Positions 9,943-20,340 are shown, counted from the stretch's first letter. The stretch: DNA of 64,000 bases from Candidatus Falkowbacteria bacterium HGW-Falkowbacteria-1 (GCA_002840305.1 PHAI01000003.1:134908-198907), one strand, 5' to 3'. Translations and numbers: made by a program. The notes: a model not told the origin generated them from the letters alone.

Positions 9943-11334
9943 ATGAATTTTCTTATCTTGTTATATTTCTTATTGTTTACACTTTTAAGCAGGCTAAATT
10001 TAAAAATAGCCGTGCTAATTTTAATATTTGCACTGCCCAGCTATCTGATTCGTTTTTCTATATTTTCAATTCCAAGCACTCTGCTAGAGATGATGGTTCT
10101 AATTGTTTCTTGTTTTTTTATCTTTAATAATTGGAAAAAAATATTTAAAAAATCAAAAAAAGAAAAAGATACAAACAAAACGCCTTATCCATTTTCTTGG
10201 GAAATAATATTAATTCTACTAATTTCATTTATCGCCGTTTTTGTTGGAAGTCTTAATTTCTCAGCCTTAGGAATTTTTAAGGCTTATTTTCTAGAACCAA
10301 TTTTCCTGTTTATTGTAATACTAAATATCTTCAAAGGAGAAAAGGACATAAAAAAAATAATATCAACATTGGCACTATCAGCATTGGTTGTTTCTTTGGT
10401 AGCTGTCTGGCAACAACTTACTGGCCAATTTATTTTCAATGAATTTTGGGCTGATATAAATAACAGAAGGGTTGTATCGTTTTTTGGTTATCCAAATGCT
10501 GTCGCCCTATATCTTGGACCAATAATTCCTTTAATCGTTGGCCTTTTCGTTTTTAATTTTAAAGAAAAAGGCGGTCTAACACTATTTTTAAACCAGTTTC
10601 TATTGTTTGTTGCTCTATTTTTTTCGTTCTTAGCTATTTATTTTTCTAAATCAAAGGGTGCTTTGCTCGCTTTAATTCTAGCCTTTTTAATAACCGGATT
10701 TATTTTGCTCAACAAAAAATTCAAATTAATAATCCTTGGTCTATTTATAATATTTAGTCCCTTTTTGTTTATTTACAAAAAAGACTGGATAGAATTAAAA
10801 CTTTCGACTAGCTTATCATATCAAATAAGAGTAGCTCAGTGGCAAGAAACAATGAAAATGTTAAAAGACGGCAATTTCATTTGGGGCGCAGGACTGTCTA
10901 ATTATCAAAGTAAAATACAAAGTTATCATCAAGAAGGAATATTTTTTAACAAAGACGCTGACCCGGACTTTGCCAGAAAAATAATAATATTTGATGATAA
11001 ATATAGAGTCGAAAGATGGCAACCATTAGAAATATACCTCTATCCTCATAATATCTTTTTAAATTTCTGGACCGAATTAGGAATAATAGGCGCGATCGTG
11101 TTTATGTTTTTAATTCTTAAATTTTTGTTTATATCTTTAAAGCTCTCTCGCAAAGAAAAACACAATAAAAATAAATATATAATTCTTGGCTTATTTTCTT
11201 CAATGTTGGTAATATTAATTCATGGAATTTTTGACGTTCCTTATTTCAAAAATGACCTGTCTATTATTTTTTGGATACTAATCGCGCTACTATCAACATA
11301 TCAACTTTCTTATAAACAACAAAAAAGGGTCTAA
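9943..11334 (+). CDS. O-antigen ligase/Wzy_C family membrane protein
   Basis: Multi-TM; R...FFGYPN, SKSKGA, R..QW, G.G, YPHNIFL..W.ELG. Confidence 0.88.
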   Translation: MNFLILLYFLLFTLLSRLNLKIAVLILIFALPSYLIRFSIFSIPSTLLEMMVLIVSCFFIFNNWKKIFKKSKKEKDTNKTPYPFSWEIILILLISFIAVFVGSLNFSALGIFKAYFLEPIFLFIVILNIFKGEKDIKKIISTLALSALVVSLVAVWQQLTGQFIFNEFWADINNRRVVSFFGYPNAVALYLGPIIPLIVGLFVFNFKEKGGLTLFLNQFLLFVALFFSFLAIYFSKSKGALLALILAFLITGFILLNKKFKLIILGLFIIFSPFLFIYKKDWIELKLSTSLSYQIRVAQWQETMKMLKDGNFIWGAGLSNYQSKIQSYHQEGIFFNKDADPDFARKIIIFDDKYRVERWQPLEIYLYPHNIFLNFWTELGIIGAIVFMFLILKFLFISLKLSRKEKHNKNKYIILGLFSSMLVILIHGIFDVPYFKNDLSIIFWILIALLSTYQLSYKQQKRV

Positions 11335-11360
11335 GCTTTATAAAATAACAATTAAATAAC

Positions 11361-12080
11361 ATGGAAAAAATAAATTTAACAAAACTAATAGCCGAAAGTA
11401 GCCCTTATTCGAGGCGGCAGGCAGAAAAAATAATAAGAATGGGGGAAGTAAAAATAAATGACAGAATTGCTTTATTGGGAGAAAAAGCAGACAAAAATGA
11501 TAAAATAGAAATAAACGGAAAAGAAATAAAATTCCAAAATACAAAAATTTATATCAAGCTTAATAAACCGGTTGACTATGTTTGCACCAATAGAATTTTT
11601 CCAGGAGAAAAAAACATTTTTTCGCTTTTGCCAAAAGAAAATAATTTATTTTCAATTGGTCGTTTAGATAAAAATAGCCATGGTTTAATAGTCTTAAGTA
11701 ACGACGGCGATTTAACTTATAAATTAACCCACCCTCGTTTTCAACATGAAAAAATATACTTAGTTAAACTAAAAGAGAATTACTTTTTAAAGAATAAAGG
11801 GCTATTGGGAGAAATACTTAGCAAATTCAAAGAAGGCGTTGACATAGGGGATAGAACCTTGGCCAAAGCGAAAAAAATTGAAATAATAAACGACAATACA
11901 TTTAGAATTATATTAACCGAAGGAAAGAAAAGACAAATCAGGGAAATGTTTAACTATTTTAATTTGAAAGTGACTGATTTAAAAAGAACTGATTTTGCTG
12001 GCATAAATTTGGGAAATTTAAAAGAAGGAGAATGGACAAATCTAAATCCAGAAGAAATTAAAAAATTAAAAAATATTTAA
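11361..12080 (+). CDS. rRNA pseudouridine synthase, RsuA/RluB family
   Basis: S4 domain SRRQAE, LNKP, GRLDKNSHGL, EGKKRQIR. Confidence 0.95.
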   Translation: MEKINLTKLIAESSPYSRRQAEKIIRMGEVKINDRIALLGEKADKNDKIEINGKEIKFQNTKIYIKLNKPVDYVCTNRIFPGEKNIFSLLPKENNLFSIGRLDKNSHGLIVLSNDGDLTYKLTHPRFQHEKIYLVKLKENYFLKNKGLLGEILSKFKEGVDIGDRTLAKAKKIEIINDNTFRIILTEGKKRQIREMFNYFNLKVTDLKRTDFAGINLGNLKEGEWTNLNPEEIKKLKNI

Positions 12081-12132
12081 CAAAAATAAAAAACACAAGG
12101 AAAAATGATATTTAAAATTAAATAATAAATAT

Positions 12133-12220
12133 GGAAAGGTGTCAGAGTGGTCGAATGTGCGGCTCTCGAAAAGCCGTGTCCCGCAAGGGACCGAGGGTTC
12201 GAATCCCTCCCTTTCCGCCA
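12133..12220 (+). tRNA. tRNA-Ser(CGA)
   Basis: GGAAAGG...CGGCT-CTCGAAA-AGCCG, long variable arm, GGTTCGAATCC, ends CCTTTCCGCCA. Confidence 0.97.
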
Positions 12221-12289
12221 AGAATATTTAGTATCGGAAGACCCGAGTGCCTTTATTTTATTGAGGTTTCTGAAATGCTAAAATCGTTA

Positions 12290-12324
12290 AAAGTTCGAAC
12301 CTTTGAGGGATTCGAACTTTTTTG
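12290..12324 (+). terminator. Hairpin/terminator after tRNA-Ser
   Basis: AAAGTTCGAA...TTCGAACTTT followed by a T tract. Confidence 0.65.
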
Positions 12325-12393
12325 TTTTTTAGCTAATTTTGTGGTAATATTTTATTATGAATATTAGATATACTATAAAATATATTTTGCATT

Positions 12394-13044
12394 ATGGATA
12401 TAGAAAAAGTTAGTATATTAATGAAAAATTTGTCCAAAGAATCGGATACAAAAAAAGAAACAGATATTGAAGGCACAAAACAAGACAAATCAGGATATGT
12501 TTCTGAGGAAGTAGTTGAAATTGAATCTCAGTCTTATGACAAAAGGGAGTATTTTTTTTCTGTGGCTGAACTAAAATTTTTTGAAATTCTCAAAGAAATT
12601 ATTGGTGATAATTATTATATTTTTCCTAAAGTTAGAATTTGCGATATTGTTAACAGTAAAGAAAAAAGAAATTATTCTCAATTCAATAGAATTAAATCAA
12701 AACATGTTGATTTTCTGATTTGTACAAAAAGCCCTATAAAGTCCAAGATAGTTGTAGAGTTAGATGATAGTTCTCACAACTATCAATCAAGAATAGAAAG
12801 AGATAAGTTTGTTGATGAGGTTTTTGCTAGTGCGGGAATACCAATTGTACATGTTAAGGTTAAAAGTTTTTACGACAAAGAAGCTCTGATTAAAGAGCTT
12901 CAAAAAGCTTATAAAACTAAATATATACTTGTTAAAAAAAATAAACTTTCTCAAGACAAGGGAGCGATTTTTAAAGGTGCGGAAGGCTGTTCTTTTATGT
13001 TTGTTCTAATATTATTTATATCCTTTTTTATTTTCTTTGTGTAG
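12394..13044 (+). CDS. DUF2726 domain protein
   Basis: FPKVRICDIV, KHVDFLIC, VELDDSSH, RDKFVDEVF..AGIP. Confidence 0.9.
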   Translation: MDIEKVSILMKNLSKESDTKKETDIEGTKQDKSGYVSEEVVEIESQSYDKREYFFSVAELKFFEILKEIIGDNYYIFPKVRICDIVNSKEKRNYSQFNRIKSKHVDFLICTKSPIKSKIVVELDDSSHNYQSRIERDKFVDEVFASAGIPIVHVKVKSFYDKEALIKELQKAYKTKYILVKKNKLSQDKGAIFKGAEGCSFMFVLILFISFFIFFV

Positions 13045-13138
13045 ATTTATATTTTTAAAAGAAAATCTATTTTTAAATAAAAAAGTTCCAACTACGTCCC
13101 ACTCTCCCCGCAAATATTAATTATAATGTAATTAAACT

Positions 13139-13579
13139 ATGAATAAATCAAAATTCTTTCCAGATGCATTTTACAGAGTTAGCGTCCGAGGGCTTATGAG
13201 AGATGGCGATAAATTCTTATTAGGACATCATCATGATGGAGATTGGGAGACATTCGGCGGCGGACTTGATTTTGGAGAAAACTTGCATCAAGCATTAAAG
13301 AGGGAAATTCTCGAAGAAACAGGATGCGATGTGCCATACATTTCCAAGCAACCAATACTTGCACTGCCACATATCGTTCATAACCTGCGGGGCATGGATT
13401 GGTTTTATAATTTTCCTATTTACTACGAAGTCATTTTTGACATTTCTAAATTTAATTCCTCATTACAATATTCAGAGATTAAATGGTTCACTTTGGAAGA
13501 GATACAAAGTCTAAAACTTTTTGAAGGCGAAGAAGGGATTAAAAATGGTTTAAAGTCCCTAATCAAAAACAATGAATAA
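13139..13579 (+). CDS. NUDIX hydrolase
   Basis: Nudix box GGGLDFGE..ALKREILEETG. Confidence 0.92.
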   Translation: MNKSKFFPDAFYRVSVRGLMRDGDKFLLGHHHDGDWETFGGGLDFGENLHQALKREILEETGCDVPYISKQPILALPHIVHNLRGMDWFYNFPIYYEVIFDISKFNSSLQYSEIKWFTLEEIQSLKLFEGEEGIKNGLKSLIKNNE

Positions 13580-13814
13580 ACTACTAAAAAACAAACTTTT
13601 AATTTTATCGGCGATAAGCGTCCTCTTCTTTATTTTTTTACTATTATCTTTTTTTGTAATAATCATTGTCAAAAGCGACCTTCAAGACATTAGAACAAAC
13701 AGAATACAGGCCGCAAACTTATTCTATGATTTAATACTTTTGATTATATATGCCCATTTAGGTTTTTCAATATTTTCTTATGTCAAAAAATACAAATATC
13801 TTAAAAAACAATAA
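13572..13814 (+). CDS. Small two-TM hypothetical protein
   Basis: Two hydrophobic segments; overlaps both neighbours in operon fashion. Confidence 0.6.
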   Translation: MNKLLKNKLLILSAISVLFFIFLLLSFFVIIIVKSDLQDIRTNRIQAANLFYDLILLIIYAHLGFSIFSYVKKYKYLKKQ

Positions 13815-14493
13815 AGTACTTCTCGGAATATCCACCAAAAAAGATGGAAACTTAAGATTATTAGGGAAAGATACCGTTATAAAAAATAATAGACAATGTT
13901 TTTTAAAAAAGAACGCCTTAAAAAAAGAAAACTTAGTCTCAAGTAAACTTATCCACGGCAACAAAATAAAAATAATTTCAGATAAAGATGAAAACAAAAA
14001 TCTAAAAGGATATGACGGACTAATAACAAATATTCCAAAAATAATTTTAAGCATAACCGTGGCCGACTGTCTGCCAATTTATTTTTATGACTCAAATAAA
14101 AATGTTATTGGTTTGGCACATGCTGGTTGGAGGGGCCTAAAATCTTCAATAATAAAAAAAATGATAAAATCATTTAAAAGCGAATACCAATCAGATACAA
14201 AAAATATCAAAATTTTCATAGGACCGCATATTCAAAAATGTCATTTTGAAATTAGAAATGATTTACTGAAAAAATTCAAAGAATACGATAGCTTTATCAT
14301 CAAAAAAAAGGACAAAATATTTTTAGATTTAGAACTAATCGCAAAACAACAACTATTAGAAAACAAAATCTTGAAAAAAAACATAGAAATTAGCCCGGAA
14401 TGCACTTATTGTTTAAAAAATAAATATTTTTCTTATCGAAGAGACGGAGATAAAAATTTTCAAACCATGATGGCCTATATTGAACTAAAATAA
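13780..14493 (+). CDS. pgeF: YfiH/PgeF family (polyphenol-oxidase-like / purine nucleoside phosphorylase-like)
   Basis: DGLIT, ADCLPI, HAGWRG, GPHI, CT.C...YFSYRR. Confidence 0.9.
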   Translation: MSKNTNILKNNKVLLGISTKKDGNLRLLGKDTVIKNNRQCFLKKNALKKENLVSSKLIHGNKIKIISDKDENKNLKGYDGLITNIPKIILSITVADCLPIYFYDSNKNVIGLAHAGWRGLKSSIIKKMIKSFKSEYQSDTKNIKIFIGPHIQKCHFEIRNDLLKKFKEYDSFIIKKKDKIFLDLELIAKQQLLENKILKKNIEISPECTYCLKNKYFSYRRDGDKNFQTMMAYIELK

Positions 14494-14503
14494 GACATGA
14501 GCG

Positions 14504-14550
14504 TATTAAAAAAAGAACCACCAAATAAACCAGCGGTTCTTTTTTTAATA
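14504..14550. terminator. Bidirectional intrinsic terminator
   Basis: TATTAAAAAAAGAACC/GGTTCTTTTTTTAATA inverted repeat between convergent genes. Confidence 0.8.
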
Positions 14551-14556
14551 TAAGTA

Positions 14557-15753
14557 CTATTTACTATCCTTGATAATATAAACGAAATAGAAGCTAAACA
14601 AGAACAAAATTGCCATAAACAGAAATAAATATTGAACCTCATAAAAACTCAATATTAAAAATCCCAAACCGGATCCCACTAAATACCCCAGAGGGTAAGA
14701 AGTTCTGAGAAAGTTTATATGACTAACATTTTCGGCATCAACAATTTTGAAAAACCGAGATTCTCTCATTGCTTCAATTAGCGCAGCTCCTATGCGACTA
14801 AAAAATAAAATCGCACCCCAGACAAGTGGACTGCTTGATTTAACAAAGAAAAACAAAAGCAAGGAAACGATTAGAATGCCTAAACCGCTAAACATTATTT
14901 CTTTTTCTCCAATATACTTGTCAGCAATAATACCGGCTGGAATTTCAACCAAAACAAAAGGAATAAGCATTATAGAGAACATAATACCAAGGGTTGACCA
15001 CTCAAAGCCCAAACTACTATGAAGATACATCGGAATAAAAACCACGGCCGAGTTAAAAAATAAATTTAGAAAAAAAGAAACAAAATACACTCCTTTTAAG
15101 TTTGCATTTTTCCAAAAATCAACAATAACATCTTTAATTTTTAACTTGTCAAAATTGACCAACTTACCAACACGCTTTTCATTAAAAACAATAATAAAAT
15201 AAAAAAATAAAAACACAAAAGCGGCCGCCAAATAAACCAAATTATAATAATCATTTCCAATAACCAATTTTGAAGCCAATATAGGAGTAAGAATCCAACC
15301 TAGATTCATAAAGGTAAAATAAAAAGCTCTTATTTTGCCAGTATTAGCGTTCTCGGTAAAACTCTCTACAAAAATATCCATATTAATCCAAATCAGATTA
15401 GAGCTTACCCACATACAAATAAAAAACAAAAAAAGCCAAATAGGTGCTGGGCTCATCATCAAAACCATCAATGAAACTATATTTACAAGCATCATTAATT
15501 TGGCCGACATCAGATTACTTAATTTTCTAATAAGTGCAGGAAAGAACAGCATGGCAAAAAAAGTAACAATATTGGCAGCCACAAAAAACAAACCAACATA
15601 CTTGGTATCAACAAAATTTTCAATAAAACTAGAATTGATATAGGCCGGAAAAGCAGTAGACACAGCCAATGCCGTCCCCGCTGCATATAAAACAATTAAG
15701 TTTTTATTAAATTTAATATCGGAAATTTTTCCAGAAAGATGAAATCTATACAT
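14557..15753 (-). CDS. MFS transporter
   Basis: About 12 hydrophobic segments; PAGIIADKYIGEK MFS motif. Confidence 0.88.
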   Translation of the reverse strand: MYRFHLSGKISDIKFNKNLIVLYAAGTALAVSTAFPAYINSSFIENFVDTKYVGLFFVAANIVTFFAMLFFPALIRKLSNLMSAKLMMLVNIVSLMVLMMSPAPIWLFLFFICMWVSSNLIWINMDIFVESFTENANTGKIRAFYFTFMNLGWILTPILASKLVIGNDYYNLVYLAAAFVFLFFYFIIVFNEKRVGKLVNFDKLKIKDVIVDFWKNANLKGVYFVSFFLNLFFNSAVVFIPMYLHSSLGFEWSTLGIMFSIMLIPFVLVEIPAGIIADKYIGEKEIMFSGLGILIVSLLLFFFVKSSSPLVWGAILFFSRIGAALIEAMRESRFFKIVDAENVSHINFLRTSYPLGYLVGSGLGFLILSFYEVQYLFLFMAILFLFSFYFVYIIKDSK

Positions 15754-15767
15754 AATTATTAATTATA

Positions 15768-16622
15768 TTAATTTTTATTAAACATTTTTAAACTATAAAA
15801 TTTGAACCCAAGGAACAAAAGCAAAAAAACTATAACAACGCTCATTACCTGAGGAAATCTTAAACCTAGGAATTCTGGCGCAAAATCAATTCTAACAAAC
15901 TCCAAAGAAAATCTCAAAATCGAATATAAAATTAAATAAGAACTTGTCACAAAAAACTTTGTCGTAAAGGTTGCTTTTGATTTTTTTAATAAATAGAAAT
16001 GAACAGAAAACAAAAAAATAAAAATTGCAAAAGATCCCAAAGACTCATATAAAAATGTCGGGTGAAAAAATTTAGAAGAAATAAATTCTATTGGTCTATT
16101 TAAAATGTTTATAGGAATTCCCCAGGGAAAATCAGTTGGTCGACCAAAAAGTTCTTGATTAAAATAATTACCAAAACGACCAATCGCCTGACCCAGGGCC
16201 AATCCTGGTACTATCAAGAAGGACAAAGAAAAAAAATCATCCCAAAAACTCTTGTTTTCCAAGCCCCTTATCTTCTTGTTTTTAACAAAAAAACACAAAA
16301 CAATAACCCCTGCTAAAATAGCCCCATGAATAGCCAGACCACCTTGCCAAATTTTTATTATATCAAAGGGATTGTCAATATAATATCGCCACTCCAAAAA
16401 AACATCATAAATTCTAGCGCCAAACACGCCAAAAATAATTAAATAAAAAAACAAATCAAAAAGATCATCTTTGTTTATTTTGTATTTTTTTCCTAAAAAT
16501 AAAGAAATAAAAAGAGCCGAAACAATAGCCAAAACCACAAAAAATCCATACCAATGAATTTTTATAAAAGCAAAAGAAAACATCAAAGAATTTGGCTCAA
16601 AAGTATGTAAAAAATTTATCAT
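15768..16622 (-). CDS. lgt: Prolipoprotein diacylglyceryl transferase
   Basis: WYG, GARI, GGLAIHG, GQAIGRFGNYFNQELFG, HPTFLYE; start moved to ATG 16622 (the longer ORF runs through tRNA-Leu). Confidence 0.97.
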   Translation of the reverse strand: MINFLHTFEPNSLMFSFAFIKIHWYGFFVVLAIVSALFISLFLGKKYKINKDDLFDLFFYLIIFGVFGARIYDVFLEWRYYIDNPFDIIKIWQGGLAIHGAILAGVIVLCFFVKNKKIRGLENKSFWDDFFSLSFLIVPGLALGQAIGRFGNYFNQELFGRPTDFPWGIPINILNRPIEFISSKFFHPTFLYESLGSFAIFIFLFSVHFYLLKKSKATFTTKFFVTSSYLILYSILRFSLEFVRIDFAPEFLGLRFPQVMSVVIVFLLLFLGFKFYSLKMFNKN

Positions 16623-16645
16623 TTCAAAAATCTCAAATAAAAGTG

Positions 16646-16727
16646 TGCGGGCGGAGAGACTCGAACTCTCACAGATTGCTCCGCTTGCTCCTAAGGCAAG
16701 TGCGTATACCAATTTCGCCACGCCCGC
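16646..16727 (-). tRNA. tRNA-Leu(TAG)
   Basis: Reverse complement GCGGGCGTGGCGAAATTGGTA...CTTGC-CTTAGGA-GCAAG...GTTCGAGTC..CGCCCGCA. Confidence 0.95.
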
Positions 16728-16908
16728 AAAACTTATTGATATAATAATATAAAAACTTAATAAATTCAAGTCTTACAAAAAAATTTTAAAGAAACAAAAA
16801 AATGTGTTATAATATCCTTATCAAATTAAAAAATAATACGCCCTTGCTATCTCATTAAGTTATAACATTTTGTGTGATAACAAAAGCTATGGCGCAATAA
16901 AAAAATTT

Positions 16909-19317
16909 ATGCCAAAACAACAATTTATAAAATTTTTCGACGAACTAAGAATCAAAGATGTCCCTTCGGTGGGTGGTAAAAACGCTTCTCTGGGAGAAAT
17001 GTATCAGACTCTCTCTAAAAAAGGGGTAAATGTGCCATTTGGTTTCGCCACCACTTCATCCGCCTACAATTATTTCATGGATAAAAGTGGCCTAAAAAAC
17101 AGAATTAGAGAGATTTTAAAAGACCTAAACACCAAGGATGTCCAAAATTTAATGACTAGAGGCAAAAAAGTAAGAGAAGAGGTTTTAAAAACAGATTTAC
17201 CAAAAGATTTTGAACAAGAAATTATTAAAGCTTACAAGAAGCTATCTTCATTTTACAAAAGAGAAAACATTGACGTTGCCGTAAGATCGTCAGCAACCGC
17301 CGAAGATTTGCCGGATGCTTCTTTCGCCGGACAACAAGAGACATATTTAAATATAAGTGGACCAAGCGACCTACTCTTAGCAGTTAGGAAATGTATTGCC
17401 TCTCTATTCACCAATAGAGCAATTTCCTATAGAACAGACAAGGGATTTGACCACTTCAACATTGCTTTGTCGGTAGGTGTACAGAAGATGTCACGCTCAG
17501 ACATAGGCTCTTCGGGTGTAATGTTTACCATTGATACTGAATCTGGATTCAAAAACGCAGTCTTAGTCCACTCTATCTACGGACTAGGAGAAAACATAGT
17601 TCAAGGAAAAGTAAACCCAGATCAATTCTTTGTTTTTAAACCAACAAAGAAAATAATATATCGATCAATTGGCAAAAAAAGTATAAAAATGATCTACAAC
17701 AAAAGCCACGAAAATCCCGTTAAAGATGTCGCCGTTAGTCACAAAGACCAAATCAGACAATCAATTAGTGACGAGCAAGTAATAAAATTAGCTGAATGGG
17801 GAATGATTATTGAACAGCACTACAATAAAGCCATGGACATAGAATGGGCCTATGATGGACTAGATAAAAAATTATACATAATTCAAGCCAGACCAGAAAC
17901 AGTAGAAAGTTCTAGGAACCTAAACCTCTTAGAAAGATACAAAATAAGCAAGAGGGGTAAAGTAGTCGCTCAAGGACAAAGCGTTGGAAACAGAATTGGA
18001 TTTGGCACAGCCAATAAAATAATGAGCGTCAAAGATATTAAAAAATTTAAAGCCGGACAAGTATTAGTAACCGACATGACCGACCCTGATTGGGAACCAA
18101 TCATGAAAATAGCCTCAGCTATAGTCACCGACAAAGGTGGCCGTACTTGCCATGCCGCTATTATCTCTAGAGAAATGGGAATCCCTTGTGTAGTTGGGAC
18201 AAACGACGGTAGTAAAAAAATAAAAAGTGGCGGAAATTTTACTGTTAGTTGCGCCGAGGGAGAGGTTGGATTTGTCTATGAGGGCAAGATACCTTTCAAA
18301 ATAGAAAAAACTGATGTTGGAAAACTAAAAAGACCAAAGACAAAAATAATGATGAATATAGCCGAACCGGACACAGCTTTTCTAAATTCTTTTATACCAA
18401 ATGACGGTGTTGGGCTAGCTAGACTTGAATTTATAATTAACAACTATATAAAAATTCATCCCTTAGCCTTATTAAATTATAAAAAATTAGGGAACGCAAA
18501 ATTAAAAAAGCAAATAGACGAAATTACTGCGGGTTACACTAACAAAAGCCAATTCTTTGTAGATAAATTAGCCGAAGGAGTGGCGATGCTTGCCGCTGGT
18601 TTTTATCCAAAAGACGTAATTGTACGTTTGTCCGACTTTAAAACCAACGAGTATGCCAATTTAATAGGAGGAACAAATTATGAGCCAATTGAGTCGAACC
18701 CAATGATAGGCTGGCGCGGAGCAAGTAGATACTACTCCAAAGACTTTTTACCGGCTTTCAAATTAGAGTGTCAAGCCTTAAAGAAAGTGCGCGACGATTT
18801 TGGTTTAAAAAATGTTAAAATAATGATTCCTTTCTGCAGAACCGTAGAAGAAGGAAAAAGGGTTTTAAAAATAATGGAAGAAAATGGATTAAAGAGGGGC
18901 CAAAACGGACTAGAGGTTTATGTTATGGCCGAAATTCCTGCCAATATAATTCTAGCCGAAAAATTTGCTAAAGTATTTGACGGATTCTCTATTGGATCAA
19001 ATGACTTAACTCAACTAACTCTAGGTATAGATCGAGACTCGGGAGGAACATTAGAAGTAGAAGGGGTCTCAAATGAAAAAAATGAGGCTGTTAAAATTTT
19101 AATTAAAAATTTGATAACAGTTGCCAAAAAAACAAAAACTAAAGTTGGTATCTGTGGTCAAGCCCCAAGCGACTTTCCAGACTTTGCAGAATTTTTGGTA
19201 GAATGTGGCATTGATAGTATCTCACTTATTCCAGACTCTATTATTAAAACGACTATAATCGTAAACAAAAAGGAGCAATCAACAAAATCAAAGATCAAAT
19301 TCTTAGGTATATTCTAA
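16909..19317 (+). CDS. ppsA: Phosphoenolpyruvate synthase
   Basis: VGGKNASLGEM, SSATAEDLP.ASFAGQQET, GGRTCHAAI, FSIGSNDLTQ, GICGQAPSD; probable ATG start 16909. Confidence 0.98.
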   Translation: MPKQQFIKFFDELRIKDVPSVGGKNASLGEMYQTLSKKGVNVPFGFATTSSAYNYFMDKSGLKNRIREILKDLNTKDVQNLMTRGKKVREEVLKTDLPKDFEQEIIKAYKKLSSFYKRENIDVAVRSSATAEDLPDASFAGQQETYLNISGPSDLLLAVRKCIASLFTNRAISYRTDKGFDHFNIALSVGVQKMSRSDIGSSGVMFTIDTESGFKNAVLVHSIYGLGENIVQGKVNPDQFFVFKPTKKIIYRSIGKKSIKMIYNKSHENPVKDVAVSHKDQIRQSISDEQVIKLAEWGMIIEQHYNKAMDIEWAYDGLDKKLYIIQARPETVESSRNLNLLERYKISKRGKVVAQGQSVGNRIGFGTANKIMSVKDIKKFKAGQVLVTDMTDPDWEPIMKIASAIVTDKGGRTCHAAIISREMGIPCVVGTNDGSKKIKSGGNFTVSCAEGEVGFVYEGKIPFKIEKTDVGKLKRPKTKIMMNIAEPDTAFLNSFIPNDGVGLARLEFIINNYIKIHPLALLNYKKLGNAKLKKQIDEITAGYTNKSQFFVDKLAEGVAMLAAGFYPKDVIVRLSDFKTNEYANLIGGTNYEPIESNPMIGWRGASRYYSKDFLPAFKLECQALKKVRDDFGLKNVKIMIPFCRTVEEGKRVLKIMEENGLKRGQNGLEVYVMAEIPANIILAEKFAKVFDGFSIGSNDLTQLTLGIDRDSGGTLEVEGVSNEKNEAVKILIKNLITVAKKTKTKVGICGQAPSDFPDFAEFLVECGIDSISLIPDSIIKTTIIVNKKEQSTKSKIKFLGIF

Positions 19318-19321
19318 CCCT

Positions 19322-19366
19322 ATCATCTCGACTGAGCCATCCTGCGGATGGCGAGCGGAGAGATCT
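19322..19366. repeat. REP-like GC-rich nested palindrome
   Basis: ATCATCTCGACTGA-GCCATCC-TGC-GGATGGC-GAGCGGAGAGATCT just after the ppsA stop. Confidence 0.5.
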
Positions 19367-19381
19367 GTTTCCTTTGTCATT

Positions 19382-19418
19382 CAACAAAAAAAGGGCGTTA
19401 AAAGCCCCTTTTTTGTTG
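19382..19418 (+). terminator. Intrinsic terminator after ppsA
   Basis: CAACAAAAAAAGGGC...GCCCCTTTTTTGTTG inverted repeat. Confidence 0.85.
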
Positions 19419-19431
19419 CACTTTATTGGGC

Positions 19432-19491
19432 TTGACAAATATTTTCAAATATGCTATAATCTACTTGTATAATAAAAACGATCTTTGACAA
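19432..19491 (+). promoter_or_regulatory. Consensus sigma70 promoter plus boxA-like motif
   Basis: TTGACA-N17-TATAAT with TGn extension (19432-19460), then GATCTTTGACAA (19480-19491). Confidence 0.8.
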
Positions 19492-19585
19492 ACATTTTTT
19501 GCTTAATTAGTTAATATTTAAAAGACTTTTAAGAAATAGAGGGCTTCTAAATATTAACTAATGTTTAATTAAAACTCAAAAAATC

Positions 19586-20323
19586 ATGAAAAGAATAGGA
19601 TTCTTACTGATAGCAGTCATGTTTATGGCCGTATCAACATTTGGACAACCTTCTTTGAAGATGGTTAAAGAACTTAACCGTCAAAGAAACACCGAAATCA
19701 AAAGAGCCGAAAAAGAAAACAAAGGCCCGATGAATTCGGAAAACAGGACAAAAGTAGTTTCTGAAATCAATGCTCGCTACGATGAGCAAGTCAAACTAGC
19801 CTTACAACAAGGCAAGGAAGAAAAAGAAGATAGCGTTATAGTCCCATTGACCAACAAAGAAGACAATGGTTCTAGAAAATTTTTAGGAGCTAATGTTGAC
19901 CTCGAAGGACAAGGAAAATTTTCTGGCAAATCTTTATCAATTGATAGAGGAGCAAACGCTTACGCTACAGTTGTAACGGCAGACGCAAATGCTTATTTGA
20001 CAAAAAAATATGCCGAAAATCTAAACTCTACCGGTGTCGTTTCTTCCAATGGCGGAATGAAAATTGTTATATCGAACGAATATCGATATGCAGATGCAAA
20101 CATTTCTGTTAAAAACAAACAAACTGGTCAAGAAATGGCAGTATTTGTTCGCAGGGGTGGAAAAACATCAATTAACCTGCTACCGGGAGAATACAGCTAC
20201 ACAGCCTCAACCAACAATGGCATGCAGGCCTCCAATACAAAGAACTTTGTGTTAAAACTAAACAATTATTATGAATTTGACGGAGAACGCGTGGGATATT
20301 ACCTCGTAATCGGATCAAGATAA
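19586..20323 (+). CDS. Secreted hypothetical protein
   Basis: Signal peptide MKRIGFLLIAVMFMAVSTFG; beta-rich C-terminal domain. Confidence 0.8.
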   Translation: MKRIGFLLIAVMFMAVSTFGQPSLKMVKELNRQRNTEIKRAEKENKGPMNSENRTKVVSEINARYDEQVKLALQQGKEEKEDSVIVPLTNKEDNGSRKFLGANVDLEGQGKFSGKSLSIDRGANAYATVVTADANAYLTKKYAENLNSTGVVSSNGGMKIVISNEYRYADANISVKNKQTGQEMAVFVRRGGKTSINLLPGEYSYTASTNNGMQASNTKNFVLKLNNYYEFDGERVGYYLVIGSR

Positions 20324-20340
20324 TTGCTTCTTCTAAACAC

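Noticed and set aside
12131..12367. 78-aa ORF in the track
   Set aside because: It is a translation of tRNA-Ser and its trailer
13083..13114. Similarity to 47388-47420 (AAGTT..CAACTACG..CTCC) as paired att sites
   Set aside because: Only an 8-bp exact core, and the 34 kb between them is housekeeping DNA; compatible with chance
16623..16769. N-terminal extension of lgt
   Set aside because: Runs through tRNA-Leu; ATG 16622 gives a normal-length Lgt
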